Shown here one piece after another: positions 63,251 through 64,000 of a DNA stretch of 64,000 nucleotides (its first letter is position 1; each line of letters begins with the position of its first letter). Made by a program: the position numbers and the translations under genes. The notes beneath the pieces are model-generated. The model did not search any database. It was not told the DNA's origin and saw nothing but the letters and a program-made list of their open reading frames with translations. Source of the DNA: an uncultured Candidatus Binatia bacterium (GTDB lineage Bacteria > Desulfobacterota > Binatia > Bin18); NCBI GenBank assembly GCA_965214605.1, contig OZ243961.1:1184001-1248000 (forward strand), given 5' to 3'.

Positions 63251-64000
63251 GTGGAGCAGTCTATTGTGGCACCTTCTCCTCTCTCACCCGTCTTTTGTGT
63301 TGTGGACAGACCGGACCTGATCGAGCGCTTGCCGACCGCCCCGCAGGAGTGGGGGCCGAGCCGGATTCTGAAACACGACAAGAACACGACCGTGCGCTTA
63401 GTTCGCTTGCCCCTCGGTCCGGTGGTGACCAAGCATTACCGTTTGCAGCGCTGGAGCCAGATCGGCGACGCGTTTCTGCACGGCTCACCGGCTCGACGTT
63501 CCTGGCAGGGAGCAAATCTGCTCCATGAACACGGATTCTGTGCGCCGCGCCCCCTGGCCGTGCTGGAGCGATGGCGGGGCGGGCTGATACGGGAGAGTGT
63601 GTATGTCAGTCAGGGACTGGTCAGCCAAGTCGGTTTGGATCAATATTGGCAGGAACGCCACACCGCTTGGTCGCCCGCCCAGCAGCGTCGTTTCTTGACC
63701 GCCCTGGCCGATTTTTTGCGGCACTTTCATACCGCAGGTTTATATGCTGGGGACATGAAAGACGCCAATCTCCTTGTTGAGACGATCAGTGACACGGAGT
63801 GGCGTTTTTATCTGGTTGATCTTGACCGGGTGCATCACTTCCCGGCTCTCAGCCTCAAGCGACGGCTCAAGAATCTGGTCCAGTTGGAGCGAACGCTTGG
63901 TCAACGCGTCCGCTTGAGTCAGCGTGTCTCCTTTTTGTATCGCTATTTGGACACCCCTCTGCCTCCAGCCCAGCATCGCCGGGAGCTGCTGCGCCAACTC
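63251..64000 (+). CDS. LPS kinase (InaA/WaaP/KdkA family), truncated by window end
   Basis: Open frame missing from the ORF track because it has no stop in the window: VVTKHY, SPARRSW, PRPLA, AGDMKDANLLV, YLVDLDRV; start uncertain. Confidence 0.85.
   Translation, partial: MEQSIVAPSPLSPVFCVVDRPDLIERLPTAPQEWGPSRILKHDKNTTVRLVRLPLGPVVTKHYRLQRWSQIGDAFLHGSPARRSWQGANLLHEHGFCAPRPLAVLERWRGGLIRESVYVSQGLVSQVGLDQYWQERHTAWSPAQQRRFLTALADFLRHFHTAGLYAGDMKDANLLVETISDTEWRFYLVDLDRVHHFPALSLKRRLKNLVQLERTLGQRVRLSQRVSFLYRYLDTPLPPAQHRRELLRQL

Overview
A GC-rich bacterial chromosomal window that is mostly housekeeping and catabolic genes. Gene content suggests a Deltaproteobacteria/Binatia-like organism (F420 reductase, LLM and acyl-CoA enzymes, a DUF507 pair next to groESL); this is inference only. 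The core genes are sir-cysH-cysK, groESL, an ntrBC-like pair, thiE, dnaB, a split B12 mutase with isobutyryl-CoA mutase signatures, alaC-hom-thrC-apgM-glpX-crt, rsmI, pyrE and the start of an LPS cluster. Three long 'ORF-free' stretches are decayed genes, visible only by reading across frames: an APC/USP transporter (about 5.2-6.9 kb), an XRE-ImmA/IrrE + PIN module (about 10.7-12.1 kb), and a type I R-M operon hsdM-hsdS-hsdR (about 47.1-49.3 kb). There are two best candidates for undescribed systems. (1) An operon of an LLM monooxygenase, two paralogous 3-hydroxyanthranilate-dioxygenase-like proteins (one with and one without the putative Fe ligands, cupin motifs apparently permuted) and a Rieske ferredoxin, divergent from a CocE hydrolase. 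(2) A D-amino-acid oxidase abutting murL-murD2, the racemase-independent route to peptidoglycan D-Glu. I saw no rRNA, tRNA, CRISPR array or intact mobile element. All assignments come from motif recognition by eye, not database searches.
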